NCBI GenBank assembly: GCA_020348985.1
Contig: CP070761.1
Coordinates: 1,107,713 to 1,171,712 of the forward strand
Source of the DNA: Candidatus Thorarchaeota archaeon
GTDB taxonomy: Archaea; Asgardarchaeota; Thorarchaeia; Thorarchaeales; Thorarchaeaceae
Direction: 5' to 3'
DNA: 64,000 bases
The notes below the pieces were generated by a model. The model ran no database searches and was not told the DNA's origin. It was given only the letters and a program-made list of their open reading frames with translations. The translations under genes were made by a program, and so were the position numbers. This document shows, in pieces, positions 47,425 through 57,154 of the stretch; positions within the stretch are counted from its first letter, which is position 1, and each line of letters starts with the position of its first letter.

Positions 47425-48789
47425 ATGCAGGTTAGGGATACACTCTGCAACCCAGAGAAGTGCAGCGGAGATTGTCTTGATGCTTGCAAGCATGTTCATG
47501 GCGAGGATTCACCCCTCGGATTCTCAAGGGAGGCCCGCAGACCAATTATCAATCTCAACACTTGTACTGAATGCCTGGCCTGTTTGAGAGAGTGTCCATT
47601 TGATGCAATCGTGATAGCTACATCATCGGGAGAAAAGTCACGCCAGTCGCCTTTTGCTCTCGTATCAACTAGGGATGCATCAACTGTTAGACCGTACGAA
47701 GTATCAGATGACTATCAGAGATTTCCAGAGATTGATGTAATCTTCGCTAGAGTCTATCACGATCCGGATTTCAGCCATTACACGCGTGGCATCTACTCGG
47801 ATGCTCGTAGGATGATAGACAAGCGAATTCCCGGCTATGGCCGTGCTGACTTCGAACTGGGGGCGAGTACTTGGAAACTTTACGACAATAGAAAGCAAGC
47901 GTCTGAAACCTATGACTGGCAAAAGACTCCCGCCCTGAGATCAAAGCCCTCCAAGCCAGACAGGAGGAAACTCACAAAACGAATCAAACGTGCGGCAAAG
48001 TTCCTTGGTGCAGCACTTATTGGCGTAGCAGATCTGGATAGAAGATGGATTTACTCAACTAGTATTGAGGGAGACGAGTATATCTTCCCGGAAGGAATCA
48101 ATCGTGCGATAGTTGTTGCCATCGAGATGGACTATGATCTAATAGATACATCACCTGCATATCCTGCAGCGGTAGCTACAGCAAGGGGCTACTCGCAGAT
48201 GGCGTATATTGAGATTCATCTTGCTGAATTCATCCAAAGGATGGGATATCGGGCAATTTCGTGCGGCAACAATGTCGCATTAAGTGTCCCGCTTGCGATA
48301 GATGCTGGACTCGGTCAATACGGGAGACATGGCATTCTAATCACGAAGGAGTATGGGCCCCGGGTTCGAATCGCGAAGATACTGACCGACATGCCGCTCA
48401 TTCCCGACAGACCAGATGCTGAGTTTTGTAAGTCGGTTGTGGAGTTCTGCAAGGCCTGTGAGAAATGCGCAATAACGTGTCCTTCTCAGTCTATTCCATA
48501 CGGCATAGATAGGACATGGAAGGGCATGACCAAGTCGAACAATCCGGGAGTCAAGAAGTGGTTCGTGGAACCTGAGACCTGTTATGCATTTTGGGTGCAG
48601 AATGGTAATGATTGTTCGAACTGTATAAGATCATGTCCGTATAACAAACCGAATAACCTGCTGCATAAGTTCACATTATGGGTTATTCAGCACATGCCTT
48701 GGCTGAACAGATTTGTAGTCATGATGGATTACCTATTTGGCTTTGGAAGACAGAGGAACCCACAAACAGTTTGGGCAAAGCATGATTAG
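47425..48789 (+). CDS. rdhA: Reductive dehalogenase (cobalamin/Fe-S) with N-terminal RLI-like Fe-S domain; no Tat signal
   Basis: AIDAGLGQYGRHG.LIT..YGPRVR, TDMPL, FC..C.KCA..CP, C..C...CP; N-terminal C.P..C...C...C and CxxCxxCxxxCP. Confidence 0.88.
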   Translation: MQVRDTLCNPEKCSGDCLDACKHVHGEDSPLGFSREARRPIINLNTCTECLACLRECPFDAIVIATSSGEKSRQSPFALVSTRDASTVRPYEVSDDYQRFPEIDVIFARVYHDPDFSHYTRGIYSDARRMIDKRIPGYGRADFELGASTWKLYDNRKQASETYDWQKTPALRSKPSKPDRRKLTKRIKRAAKFLGAALIGVADLDRRWIYSTSIEGDEYIFPEGINRAIVVAIEMDYDLIDTSPAYPAAVATARGYSQMAYIEIHLAEFIQRMGYRAISCGNNVALSVPLAIDAGLGQYGRHGILITKEYGPRVRIAKILTDMPLIPDRPDAEFCKSVVEFCKACEKCAITCPSQSIPYGIDRTWKGMTKSNNPGVKKWFVEPETCYAFWVQNGNDCSNCIRSCPYNKPNNLLHKFTLWVIQHMPWLNRFVVMMDYLFGFGRQRNPQTVWAKHD

Positions 48790-48819
48790 AGGTCTATTCC
48801 CTAGGGAGAGAGAACTGAA

Positions 48820-49581
48820 TTGAGCTCATTTGATGAATTGGCACTAGCATACGATAGGGTGATTGACTGGGAGAAGCGGCTGCAGAGAGAGATTCCATTC
48901 TTGGTTGATAGTTTGCTAGAGATTGCGGAGCCCCGGGTCTTGGACATCGCATGCGGGAGTGGCAGACACTCTGTCGCTCTAGCAAAGAGGGGTGCAAGAG
49001 TCACGGGCTTCGACAACAGCAAGGAAATGATTCAGGCTGCAAAGGAGCTCGCCGAGCAGAATGGCGTTTCGACGAAGTTCTTCTTAGCAGATATGACTGA
49101 TTTTGCAGAGATGGTGAGAGACGAGTTCGATCTTGTCGTCTGCCTTGGTAATTCGCTTGCCCTCTTACCGAACACAGATGCCTTGACCAGGTTACTAACT
49201 GAAGTCCATTCACTACTAGACAAGAACGGTCGGTTTGCCTTTCAAGTCCTGAATTTCCAAGAGATTGTATCAACAGGCTTCAGAGTGTTCCCAATGAAGA
49301 CAGGAGTAACTGAATACGGAGAAGAGGTAGTATTCTCAAGATTCTATGACCATTCAGGCAGTTCCACTCACTCCAAACTCATCTTGACCTCCCATGTCAA
49401 AGAGGGAGAGAATTGGAGGGTCGTATCTAACTCATTGGACGTTCTACGTCTTGACAAGCCAACTGTAAGTCAATCACTGTCCGCGGCCGGGTTTTCCGAT
49501 TTCCAGCTATTCGGTGACTACCAAGAATCATCGTTCTCGGGAACAAGCGACAGGAATATTGTGGTTCGCGCTCATAGATAA
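48820..49581 (+). CDS. Class I SAM-dependent methyltransferase
   Basis: VLDIACGSGRH, FD.VVCLGNSL. Confidence 0.92.
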   Translation: MSSFDELALAYDRVIDWEKRLQREIPFLVDSLLEIAEPRVLDIACGSGRHSVALAKRGARVTGFDNSKEMIQAAKELAEQNGVSTKFFLADMTDFAEMVRDEFDLVVCLGNSLALLPNTDALTRLLTEVHSLLDKNGRFAFQVLNFQEIVSTGFRVFPMKTGVTEYGEEVVFSRFYDHSGSSTHSKLILTSHVKEGENWRVVSNSLDVLRLDKPTVSQSLSAAGFSDFQLFGDYQESSFSGTSDRNIVVRAHR

Positions 49582-49585
49582 GAAG

Positions 49586-50047
49586 CTAAACTCTCTTCAG
49601 AACTGAGTCGCCATAGTTCTCGAAGTCTTCTCCTTCTTTCGCGGACTCCAATCCCTCTCAAATCTCATCATCTGAGACCTTCACAAGGTAGGACCGCCAT
49701 CTCATTCCATCGAATGCCTGAGGCACTGGTTCAAGGATGATATCAAACCGGATTTCGTCCGAGGTTCTGTGGTACTCGACCTCATTGCTTACAAAACCGT
49801 ATGAGAAGCCAATCTTTCGAAGGAATTTCTTGTTTCGAACATCATAGTACATGAGTCCAATTTCCGCGTTCTCAAACTTCTCGTCCCTGTAGGACTCATG
49901 GCGGCTCATAATGAATCTGTCATTGAGTTCAAGTGTGAAAGTGGCTGTGGTCACGACTTCGCCCTCTTCACCAAATCCGCCTGGTGTTCCACCTTTCCAT
50001 TCGCCGACAAGAAACTTCCAATCATCTAATGGGGTTTCAGAGCTTAT
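49586..50047 (-). pseudogene. Beta-barrel (nitrobindin/DUF1579-like) gene with in-frame TGA and ATA start: pseudogene, sequence error or recoding
   Basis: Frame reads ISSETPLDDWKFLVGEWKG...KVSDDEI(TGA 49658-49660)EGLESAKEGEDFENYGDSVLKRV(TAG) and ends 4 nt from the convergent gene. Confidence 0.65.
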
Positions 50048-50110
50048 ACCGGGAGAGACCCACCACTCTTCTGATTTATCTACTGGTTAGTGACAAAGTG
50101 AAAGGAGGAA

Positions 50111-50929
50111 GTGACCAAGTTGGAGACTGGCTTGCACAAGAAGCATGTTGTTTTGACCGGAGCCTCGGGAGGGATAGGAACTGAGTTGACTCGTCTTCTT
50201 CTTGATGAAGGAGCAAACGTCACAGGCTCCTTCTATAGCTCCAAAAGAGAACTAGCAGAGCTACTGAGTCAGTATCCAGATCAGCTTTCAGTCGTGAAGA
50301 CGGACATTAGAGAGGAGGCCGATGTGAAGGGCCTCTTTGTCCGAGCCAACGATGCATTCGGAAGAGCTGACGTCCTTGTGGCAAATGCTGCTATTGCAAA
50401 TCTTGAGGAAAAGCCAATCCACGAGATGTCTCTAAACCAGTGGACCAACACTCTTTCAATCAATCTCACTGGAACATTCCTGAGTGCCAAGCACTTCTTC
50501 TCGAATCTCCAGGAGTACCCTGGGGAAGATGCTTCGTTGATATTGGTAGGCTCTACTGCAGGGCATTTCGGGGAAGCATGGTTTGCAGACTATGCCACTT
50601 CAAAGGCCGCACTATACGGCCTGCTGATGAGTTTGAAGAATGAAATAGTCCACCTTGCTCCAAGGGGAAGAGTGAACCTTGTCAATCCAGGGTGGACGAT
50701 GACCAAGATGGCCGAAGAGGCTCTCATGGATCCTGAGAAGGTAAAGCGCATTCACCAAACGATCCCAATGCGCAAGACCGCATTACCTGCCGATATCGCT
50801 CATGTCATACTCTTTTTGGTTTCCGACTATTTGTCCGGTCATATTAGTGGACAGGCAATTACTGTTTCTGGAGGCATGGAGGGACGTGTACTCTATGATC
50901 TAGAAAGGTCTGATGACTACAAGCACTAG
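50111..50929 (+). CDS. SDR family oxidoreductase
   Basis: TGASGGIG, VANAA, YATSK, VN.VNPG. Confidence 0.95.
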   Translation: MTKLETGLHKKHVVLTGASGGIGTELTRLLLDEGANVTGSFYSSKRELAELLSQYPDQLSVVKTDIREEADVKGLFVRANDAFGRADVLVANAAIANLEEKPIHEMSLNQWTNTLSINLTGTFLSAKHFFSNLQEYPGEDASLILVGSTAGHFGEAWFADYATSKAALYGLLMSLKNEIVHLAPRGRVNLVNPGWTMTKMAEEALMDPEKVKRIHQTIPMRKTALPADIAHVILFLVSDYLSGHISGQAITVSGGMEGRVLYDLERSDDYKH

Positions 50930-50956
50930 AAGCATTCAGCTGTTGATTTGGCTGAG

Positions 50957-52600
50957 CTATTCAGACATTGCCATGCGAGTTGCACCAACTCTGATTATCA
51001 GAAGCCCAACAGCTATCAAAGCGATACTTGGAGCAAGTAGGGCAAGGGCCATATTGCTGGAATCGATTATCATTGAGATGAGAAGCGCCGGTTGTGATAC
51101 CAAGAATATGGTCAACATTGTGGCACCAGTGTTGTCTTTGAATATCTGGCTTCCAGCATCTTCGTAGTTTGGGTTGTTAGCGGTAACGCCTATACTGATG
51201 AGAATCGAACCCATGACTGCAATTGACGCGCATCCAAGAATGACGAATGCATCTGCAAGGGGCAAGCCAATAATCAGTGTAATGAGAAGGGCAGTAATCG
51301 CGGCCATTGGGAACCCGAATATGAATGACTGGCCGATTCTTGCCTTCATGTACTTCATCACCCCTTTTGGGGTGCTCTTCAACATCCATAGTTGGTCCTT
51401 TGAGTCCAAGAACCCGATTCCACCGAATGTGAGACCGCCAATCACGGATAGTAGGTTCACAGCCGCCAATCCGGAAACGAAGAGCCTGAGCTCACAACTG
51501 AGATCCAAGAAGGCAGCACTGTTGACCATAAGGGGAAATACTACAGCAATCACTACTCCGAAAGCAATCTTCGAGATGTTCTGTGCCTTCCTTCCGAAGT
51601 CCTTCATTGCTGTAACCAGTAATGTACCATAAGGCGTGGGAAGGACCCATCTTATTCCTTGCAGCACAGGATTCTCTCTTCCGGTTGTCACAATCTGCTC
51701 GTAACGGGGGCCGAAGCCAAGTTTGAATACTCGATCGGATGTCAAGAAAGCCAGACCTATCATCAACAGCGTAAATGCTGACAGTAAGAACGTACAAAGC
51801 TGAGGATTGCTGCCCAAGACAGACTCGTAGGCCAATATGCTGGATGCAGGCAGATTGATTCCGTTGAACAGGATGGTTATCCAAGTAATCAAATCCGCAC
51901 CCCAGGTGAACGGGAATAACATGGCACCTTGAGCACCGAGAACGCTGGAAATGGTCTCAGTGGAGAAAAGCATTCCATAGAGAGGGAGAATGGCGACGAA
52001 GCCAAGAATTACAGAAAGGGCTTTTGCTATATCATTGCCTCTGGGAGAGTCGCCAATCTTTGCTTGTATCGCAGTTGTCAGCAGAGTAGACGTCCAGAGT
52101 GTAATCAAAGCCACGAAGAACAATGCCAAATACATCAGAGCCTGTCCAACCAGAGTGACCTGATAGACTAGTGCAAAGGGTGAAATAACACAAGGCGCAA
52201 TGAAGAGAACTGCAAGACCGTAGATTGGAACTCTCCCCATGAATGTGCCCGTCATAATGTCCCTTGTTCGAACGTTATTGCTGAGCATTATCTCCCATTG
52301 CCCAATCTTGATCTCTTGAAGAGCATAGGAAATCGGATAGACGAGCCACATCAGCCACAAGAACATGATAAGAGAACGCATGTATTCAGGAAATGATGCA
52401 ATCAGAGAAGCTTCGAGTGTGGCACCAAACCAGTCCATCACAAAAGAAGCCAGGAATGGAGCCACAATCAAAGCCCAGATTGTGCCGAGAACGAGGAGGG
52501 CTCCGCCTAATGTCCTACGGCGCTTCCTTTGTCTTGAGGTCAGGACAAGAAACTCGACCCTTGCAACATGATACCACTTTCCCGTCATGACCTCGCCCAT
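50957..52600 (-). CDS. ABC exporter membrane subunit, paralogue 2
   Basis: About 12-13 TM; shares ALQEIKIGQWEI, GDSPRGNDIAKAL and KDFGRK with 54562-56250. Confidence 0.8.
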   Translation of the reverse strand: MGEVMTGKWYHVARVEFLVLTSRQRKRRRTLGGALLVLGTIWALIVAPFLASFVMDWFGATLEASLIASFPEYMRSLIMFLWLMWLVYPISYALQEIKIGQWEIMLSNNVRTRDIMTGTFMGRVPIYGLAVLFIAPCVISPFALVYQVTLVGQALMYLALFFVALITLWTSTLLTTAIQAKIGDSPRGNDIAKALSVILGFVAILPLYGMLFSTETISSVLGAQGAMLFPFTWGADLITWITILFNGINLPASSILAYESVLGSNPQLCTFLLSAFTLLMIGLAFLTSDRVFKLGFGPRYEQIVTTGRENPVLQGIRWVLPTPYGTLLVTAMKDFGRKAQNISKIAFGVVIAVVFPLMVNSAAFLDLSCELRLFVSGLAAVNLLSVIGGLTFGGIGFLDSKDQLWMLKSTPKGVMKYMKARIGQSFIFGFPMAAITALLITLIIGLPLADAFVILGCASIAVMGSILISIGVTANNPNYEDAGSQIFKDNTGATMLTIFLVSQPALLISMIIDSSNMALALLAPSIALIAVGLLIIRVGATRMAMSE

Positions 52601-52608
52601 TCCACAGC

Positions 52609-52854
52609 CTAACTTGCCTGACTAGGTACTACTGCTTTTCGAAGTTGTCTTCCCAGATACCATATTATGGACATGGCAATGACGGCAAGAACAATGGAAA
52701 CCGCAAATCGTGCAGGACCCATTTCCTCTCCGGGAATCAAATCTCCAATAGCATTCAACGCAATTATCATAATGACAATGACAACTGCAGTGGAATTCTC
52801 AGTGTTCTTGTCTCTAGTCACTGTTCCTGTTCCATTGGTGTCAACCGAATTCAT
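52609..52854 (-). CDS. Small two-TM membrane protein
   Basis: Two hydrophobic helices; GGAGG RBS; lies between the peptidase and permease genes. Confidence 0.7.
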   Translation of the reverse strand: MNSVDTNGTGTVTRDKNTENSTAVVIVIMIIALNAIGDLIPGEEMGPARFAVSIVLAVIAMSIIWYLGRQLRKAVVPSQAS

Positions 52855-52883
52855 GCTTCAGATTCCTCCACTAATTCACTATC

Positions 52884-54395
52884 CTACGTGCCAATCCTTC
52901 GTCTCAGGACGAGAGCAAGCACAACTACCACACCGAAAGCTCCAGTCAACGGCAAAATCAGTGACATTGGCTGTGCCTGGCTTTCCAACGCGGCCTGAAG
53001 TGCGATCCCTGCGGCCCTCCACGAATCTGCAGTAGCAAGCAAATGACCTGCTATGTCAGCCAAATCCTGTCTGTGGTTCTCAAGAACTACATCGAGGTTT
53101 CTACTCGAGTCGAATTCCTCGACCATTTCAAAGAACGTGTTGGATAATAGAGAGTCGTGATTGGCCAGGTAATCGAAATCAACCAATGTTCCGTTGTCAC
53201 TCAGTGCGTCCAAGTGTGTTAGGGCATTCTGACCTGCGACGAGAAAATCGGTCAAATCAAAGTCAGTCAGAAGTCTTGGGAGTGACTCCAGAGCTGTGCG
53301 GTATGAGAGATACTGGAGTGTCAACATGAACTCGAGAAACATCCCAAGATTGGCCAGACGATCAATCTGGTCCTCGAAGTTGTCATATTCCTCAATGTAG
53401 AGAGCAACACCTTCTGGAGTGATGTCATAGCTGAGCCCTCGGAATGCCTTTTCGCCGAAGTTTAGGAAGAAAGCGTCTTCGTCCGTAAAGGGGATATAGG
53501 ATTCTTGCGCTCCAAGCAGCCTTGACGCCACAAACTCACCGAGTTCTGTTTGGAAGTCAGGTTTCGTCCCATTCTCAGGTTTTATTGTCGTCGTCCCGTA
53601 GGCAAATGCACCCCAAGCATTGTTCAGCTGAGAGTAGTTCATTGTGTAACGCCATCTGCCATCTTCGGGGTAACCAAAATCGTCACCAAAGGCGCCTACA
53701 CCAGGATCCAAAATCTCAACGGTCTCGCTCGTATCATTATACCCTATCGCCAGGACAGCATGACCTGAGACAGGGGCAGTTGTGTTTTGGAAAAGTCCAT
53801 AGTCACGTAGGATTTGATAGTCGTCAGGGGGGAGATAGTAGGGATCAGTCCACAAGACAACGGGATATCCCTCGTCCAGCGTGTTCTTCATGATCTCAAA
53901 CGCATCATTCCAGCCATGGATTGTATTGATGTCCGGATTCCACTGCGACCATAGCTCAATAGCTGTGTCGACCCAAGGAGAGGTCTCGCTAAGATAGAAT
54001 TTCTGTTCTAGTCCGTAGAAGTCACAAATGGGGACCAATTGGCCGACCTGAATGTAAGCAGAACCAGCTAGGAACGTCATTGTGTCGTTAAAGCGAATGT
54101 ATGCTGCCGAGAATCCGATTCCCGATGCTGCAAAGAACTCGTGGAGAGTCAAAGGGACCTCTGCGCCGCCAAGAGCCATTGTAACTGCAGCCCAGAAACA
54201 GAATCCGCTAATCTCCTGCCATACATAAGGTGTATCCTGAATCAGTGCTGAACCATCAATGGAAATGGTATGGTCAGGACCCGCAATTACAGGCCCTGAC
54301 CTATTGTCGTGTAAGGAGATAGGAAACAATGATAGCGAAAGCAGTAGGAGGACCATGATGGTCATTCGTGTCTTAGGTGAACGAACGACCACCAT
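52884..54395 (-). CDS. Surface-anchored papain-fold C39/BtrH-like cysteine peptidase
   Basis: Signal peptide; YVWQEISGFC (Q..C), G.PV.L..DPYYLP, GHAVLAIGY, ILDP; C-terminal TM followed by RRR. Confidence 0.75.
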   Translation of the reverse strand: MVVVRSPKTRMTIMVLLLLSLSLFPISLHDNRSGPVIAGPDHTISIDGSALIQDTPYVWQEISGFCFWAAVTMALGGAEVPLTLHEFFAASGIGFSAAYIRFNDTMTFLAGSAYIQVGQLVPICDFYGLEQKFYLSETSPWVDTAIELWSQWNPDINTIHGWNDAFEIMKNTLDEGYPVVLWTDPYYLPPDDYQILRDYGLFQNTTAPVSGHAVLAIGYNDTSETVEILDPGVGAFGDDFGYPEDGRWRYTMNYSQLNNAWGAFAYGTTTIKPENGTKPDFQTELGEFVASRLLGAQESYIPFTDEDAFFLNFGEKAFRGLSYDITPEGVALYIEEYDNFEDQIDRLANLGMFLEFMLTLQYLSYRTALESLPRLLTDFDLTDFLVAGQNALTHLDALSDNGTLVDFDYLANHDSLLSNTFFEMVEEFDSSRNLDVVLENHRQDLADIAGHLLATADSWRAAGIALQAALESQAQPMSLILPLTGAFGVVVVLALVLRRRIGT

Positions 54396-54561
54396 CAGTC
54401 ACCCCTGGATCCGACATTTAACAGCTTCAATGCACTGTCGACTTCACGTTGGGTTGGATTATTGCTCAGTCGCAAATCGTACATGGTTTTGGGGCGCTGG
54501 TGAAATCCAGCACCATTCTTACCGTGTCGATATCTGAGTATTCCCGGCCCCTCCATTAGAG

Positions 54562-56250
54562 CTACACCTCAACCTTGCCCAGGCTTCTGACGCCCAAGAA
54601 CAGCATCAGGCCACCCATGAGCAACAATGCCACTGGACCCATGATGGCTTGTGTGAACCAGAAACCATCTACACCGAAGATGTTCTCAATGACGCGAAAG
54701 ATGTTGACATCCAATGCGATACTGAAGAATATGTCGATGAAGAGGGGAGCAATCAGTGTAAACTGGGTCAACAACATGGAGCCTATTAGAACACTCTGAT
54801 GGGCTGGAGACTTCGTGTCTTCATAGTTAGGGTTCTGAGCTGTCATGCCCATGCTTACCATGACAGCACCGCAAACTATGATGTATGAAGATGCAATCAT
54901 CTGCAACGCCATCAATGGCTCAAGTGCAAACATGACACTGACTACAACACTTGGAGCAAGACTTAGAGGAAAGGCCAGTAGGAATCCTGACGCGAGTCTG
55001 GCACGCATGAAGCGAGAAGCACCAGATGGTGCACTCCGGATTATCCAAAGCTGGTCCTTGCTCTCAAGGAATCCTGTTCCTGCGAATGGGAAGACTCCGA
55101 CAACACCAATCATTATGCCAATCATTGGCAGAATATCCATGGCCGTGACGGTGTCACCATCGTAGACAGCAATCTGGGACATGATAATCGGAAGTACTAC
55201 CGCCAGTACAACACCGTAGAGAATCTTTGAAATATTCTGAACCTTTCTGCCAAAGTCCTTCAGACTCACCACTGTCAACGCACCAAAAGATCCCTTGGCT
55301 GCTCTCCGGACTCCGCGTATCACAAAGTTCTCTCGACCTACAGTTGTGACGGTCTCAGTGCGCACACCGGCACTGATTGTGAAAACTCTGTCTGCAGCAC
55401 TTAATGCAATTGGCACCCATACCAAGCCGAATGCTGCTGTTAGGAGTAGACTCGTCCACATGTCGAGCTGCAAAATCGCCCCAAAGCCCAGTATCTGAGA
55501 GCCAGTCAAACCAATACCATTGAAGGCTATCGCAATCCAGCTGACCAAGTCTGCTGGCCATGTGAATGGCATTAGCAGAAATGCATTCATTCCTAGAATA
55601 TCAGACAACACTGGCATGAAGAACATCACACCGTACATAGGCACTATCACAATCAGTGCAATAACGAAGGTCAATGCCTTAGCTATGTCGTTTCCGCGTG
55701 GTGAATCCCCAAGTCTTGCTTGGACCAATGCCGTCACGAAGTTGGAGAGCCAGATGGTTGAAAGAACCATGGCTGCAATCGCACTGTATACCAAAGCCTG
55801 ACCTAGGAACGAAACTTCAAACGCTAGCATGAATGGAGATATCATTAGGGGAGCAAGTATCACTACAACCAATCCGTAGAATGGTATCTTGCCAGCGAAA
55901 GTGCCAATGATTATGTCCTTTGTTCTCACGTTGTTTGAGAGGAAAATCTCCCATTGACCAATCTTAATCTCCTGTAGGGCGAAGGACAGTGGGTATAATA
56001 GCAACAATATCCACAGGAACAGCATTACTGTACGCATGAGTCCAGGGAACATAGACATCAACAGTAGTCGAATCTGTGACATTGGAATCAGCGACTGTAT
56101 GATGAAGCCCATGATCGTTGGTGCCAAGTACGCGGCCCATACGATAGCTAATGCATACATGCTTGCCACGGTGACTGTTCTGTGGCTCCTGAAGCTCGAG
56201 GTCAAGACGTAGAACTCAGCCTTCGCGATGCTTAGCCACTTTCGGGTCAA
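54562..56250 (-). CDS. ABC exporter membrane subunit, paralogue 1
   Basis: Directly downstream of the ABC ATPase; about 12-13 TM; paralogous to 50957-52600. Confidence 0.82.
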   Translation of the reverse strand: MTRKWLSIAKAEFYVLTSSFRSHRTVTVASMYALAIVWAAYLAPTIMGFIIQSLIPMSQIRLLLMSMFPGLMRTVMLFLWILLLLYPLSFALQEIKIGQWEIFLSNNVRTKDIIIGTFAGKIPFYGLVVVILAPLMISPFMLAFEVSFLGQALVYSAIAAMVLSTIWLSNFVTALVQARLGDSPRGNDIAKALTFVIALIVIVPMYGVMFFMPVLSDILGMNAFLLMPFTWPADLVSWIAIAFNGIGLTGSQILGFGAILQLDMWTSLLLTAAFGLVWVPIALSAADRVFTISAGVRTETVTTVGRENFVIRGVRRAAKGSFGALTVVSLKDFGRKVQNISKILYGVVLAVVLPIIMSQIAVYDGDTVTAMDILPMIGIMIGVVGVFPFAGTGFLESKDQLWIIRSAPSGASRFMRARLASGFLLAFPLSLAPSVVVSVMFALEPLMALQMIASSYIIVCGAVMVSMGMTAQNPNYEDTKSPAHQSVLIGSMLLTQFTLIAPLFIDIFFSIALDVNIFRVIENIFGVDGFWFTQAIMGPVALLLMGGLMLFLGVRSLGKVEV

Positions 56251-56254
56251 GACA

Positions 56255-57025
56255 TCACCTCCAGGCCAGGAGTGCTTCGCGGTCTACTTGACCTCCAACT
56301 ATCTGCAGGTAGGCTTCCTCAAGGTCGCTGACATGGGCTGCCTGGATTATATCCTCAGGAGAGCCAAGTGTGACTAGCTCACCTTCGTTCAGAATCCCTA
56401 TGACGTCACAGACATCTTCGGCGAAGCTTGTCATGTGCGTGCAGATGAAGAAGCTCGTCTCGGTCTCTTCTGCGAGGACAAGAATCAAGTCCTTCACAAG
56501 TGCACTTGCAGAGGGATCAAGCCTTGAAGTGGGCTCGTCCAGAAAGACTAGCTTTGGCTCATGTAGCAGAGTAGAGGCTACCAACACTTTTTGCTTCATA
56601 CCAGAAGAGTACGACTCCAGAAGGTCATCTTGTCTTCCCTCAAGACCAAGCATTCCAAGTAATGCGTCAATCCTCTTCATGAGAGACTCGCCATTGTGGT
56701 CGTTGAGTGCGCCAATGAACTCAAGAAACTCAACAGCTGAGAGTTTCGAGTAAAGCCCCGGTGACTCAGGAAGGAGACCAGTGATTGCTTTGATCTCGTC
56801 TCTCTGGGTGTCAATATCAAGTCCGCAGACCTTTCCTCTCCCGCTCGTCTGTTTGAGCAAGCCAGACAGAATACGAACGGTGGTTGTCTTGCCGGCCCCA
56901 TTAGGACCAAGGAAACCGAATCTGCTTCCAGCACGTACCTCTAGATCGAGGTCCACAACTGCGCGAACTGGCCCGAAGGTCTTGTTCAGCGCTTCTGTTT
57001 GAATCACTATACCGTTTCCGGTCAT
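56255..57025 (-). CDS. ABC transporter ATP-binding protein (exporter type)
   Basis: GPNGAGKTT, YSSGMKQK, LDEPT, H-loop. Confidence 0.96.
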   Translation of the reverse strand: MTGNGIVIQTEALNKTFGPVRAVVDLDLEVRAGSRFGFLGPNGAGKTTTVRILSGLLKQTSGRGKVCGLDIDTQRDEIKAITGLLPESPGLYSKLSAVEFLEFIGALNDHNGESLMKRIDALLGMLGLEGRQDDLLESYSSGMKQKVLVASTLLHEPKLVFLDEPTSRLDPSASALVKDLILVLAEETETSFFICTHMTSFAEDVCDVIGILNEGELVTLGSPEDIIQAAHVSDLEEAYLQIVGGQVDREALLAWR

Positions 57026-57037
57026 CGTTAATCACTT

Positions 57038-57135
57038 GTAAATCTTTACCGATTACAGGTATACTTAGCATAATGTTTATATATAAATCTTTACCATAAA
57101 GCAGTAGAGATTAACCCGGAATACTTAAGTTCCGG
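57038..57135. promoter_or_regulatory. Divergent promoter with repeated GTAAATCTTTAC-like operators
   Basis: TAAATCTTTACC at 57039-57050 and 57084-57095, degenerate inverted copy at 57104-57115, TTTATATATA at 57076-57085, CCGGAA-N8-TTCCGG at 57116-57135. Confidence 0.7.
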
Positions 57136-57154
57136 AAGAACACGAGGAAACAAA

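Noticed and set aside
49537-49575. Eukaryote-like SECIS (ATGA-N11-AA-N20-GA on the minus strand) downstream of the TGA-containing gene
   Set aside because: The spacing fits, but helix II does not pair next to the GA quartet, and the sequence is constrained by the opposite-strand methyltransferase.
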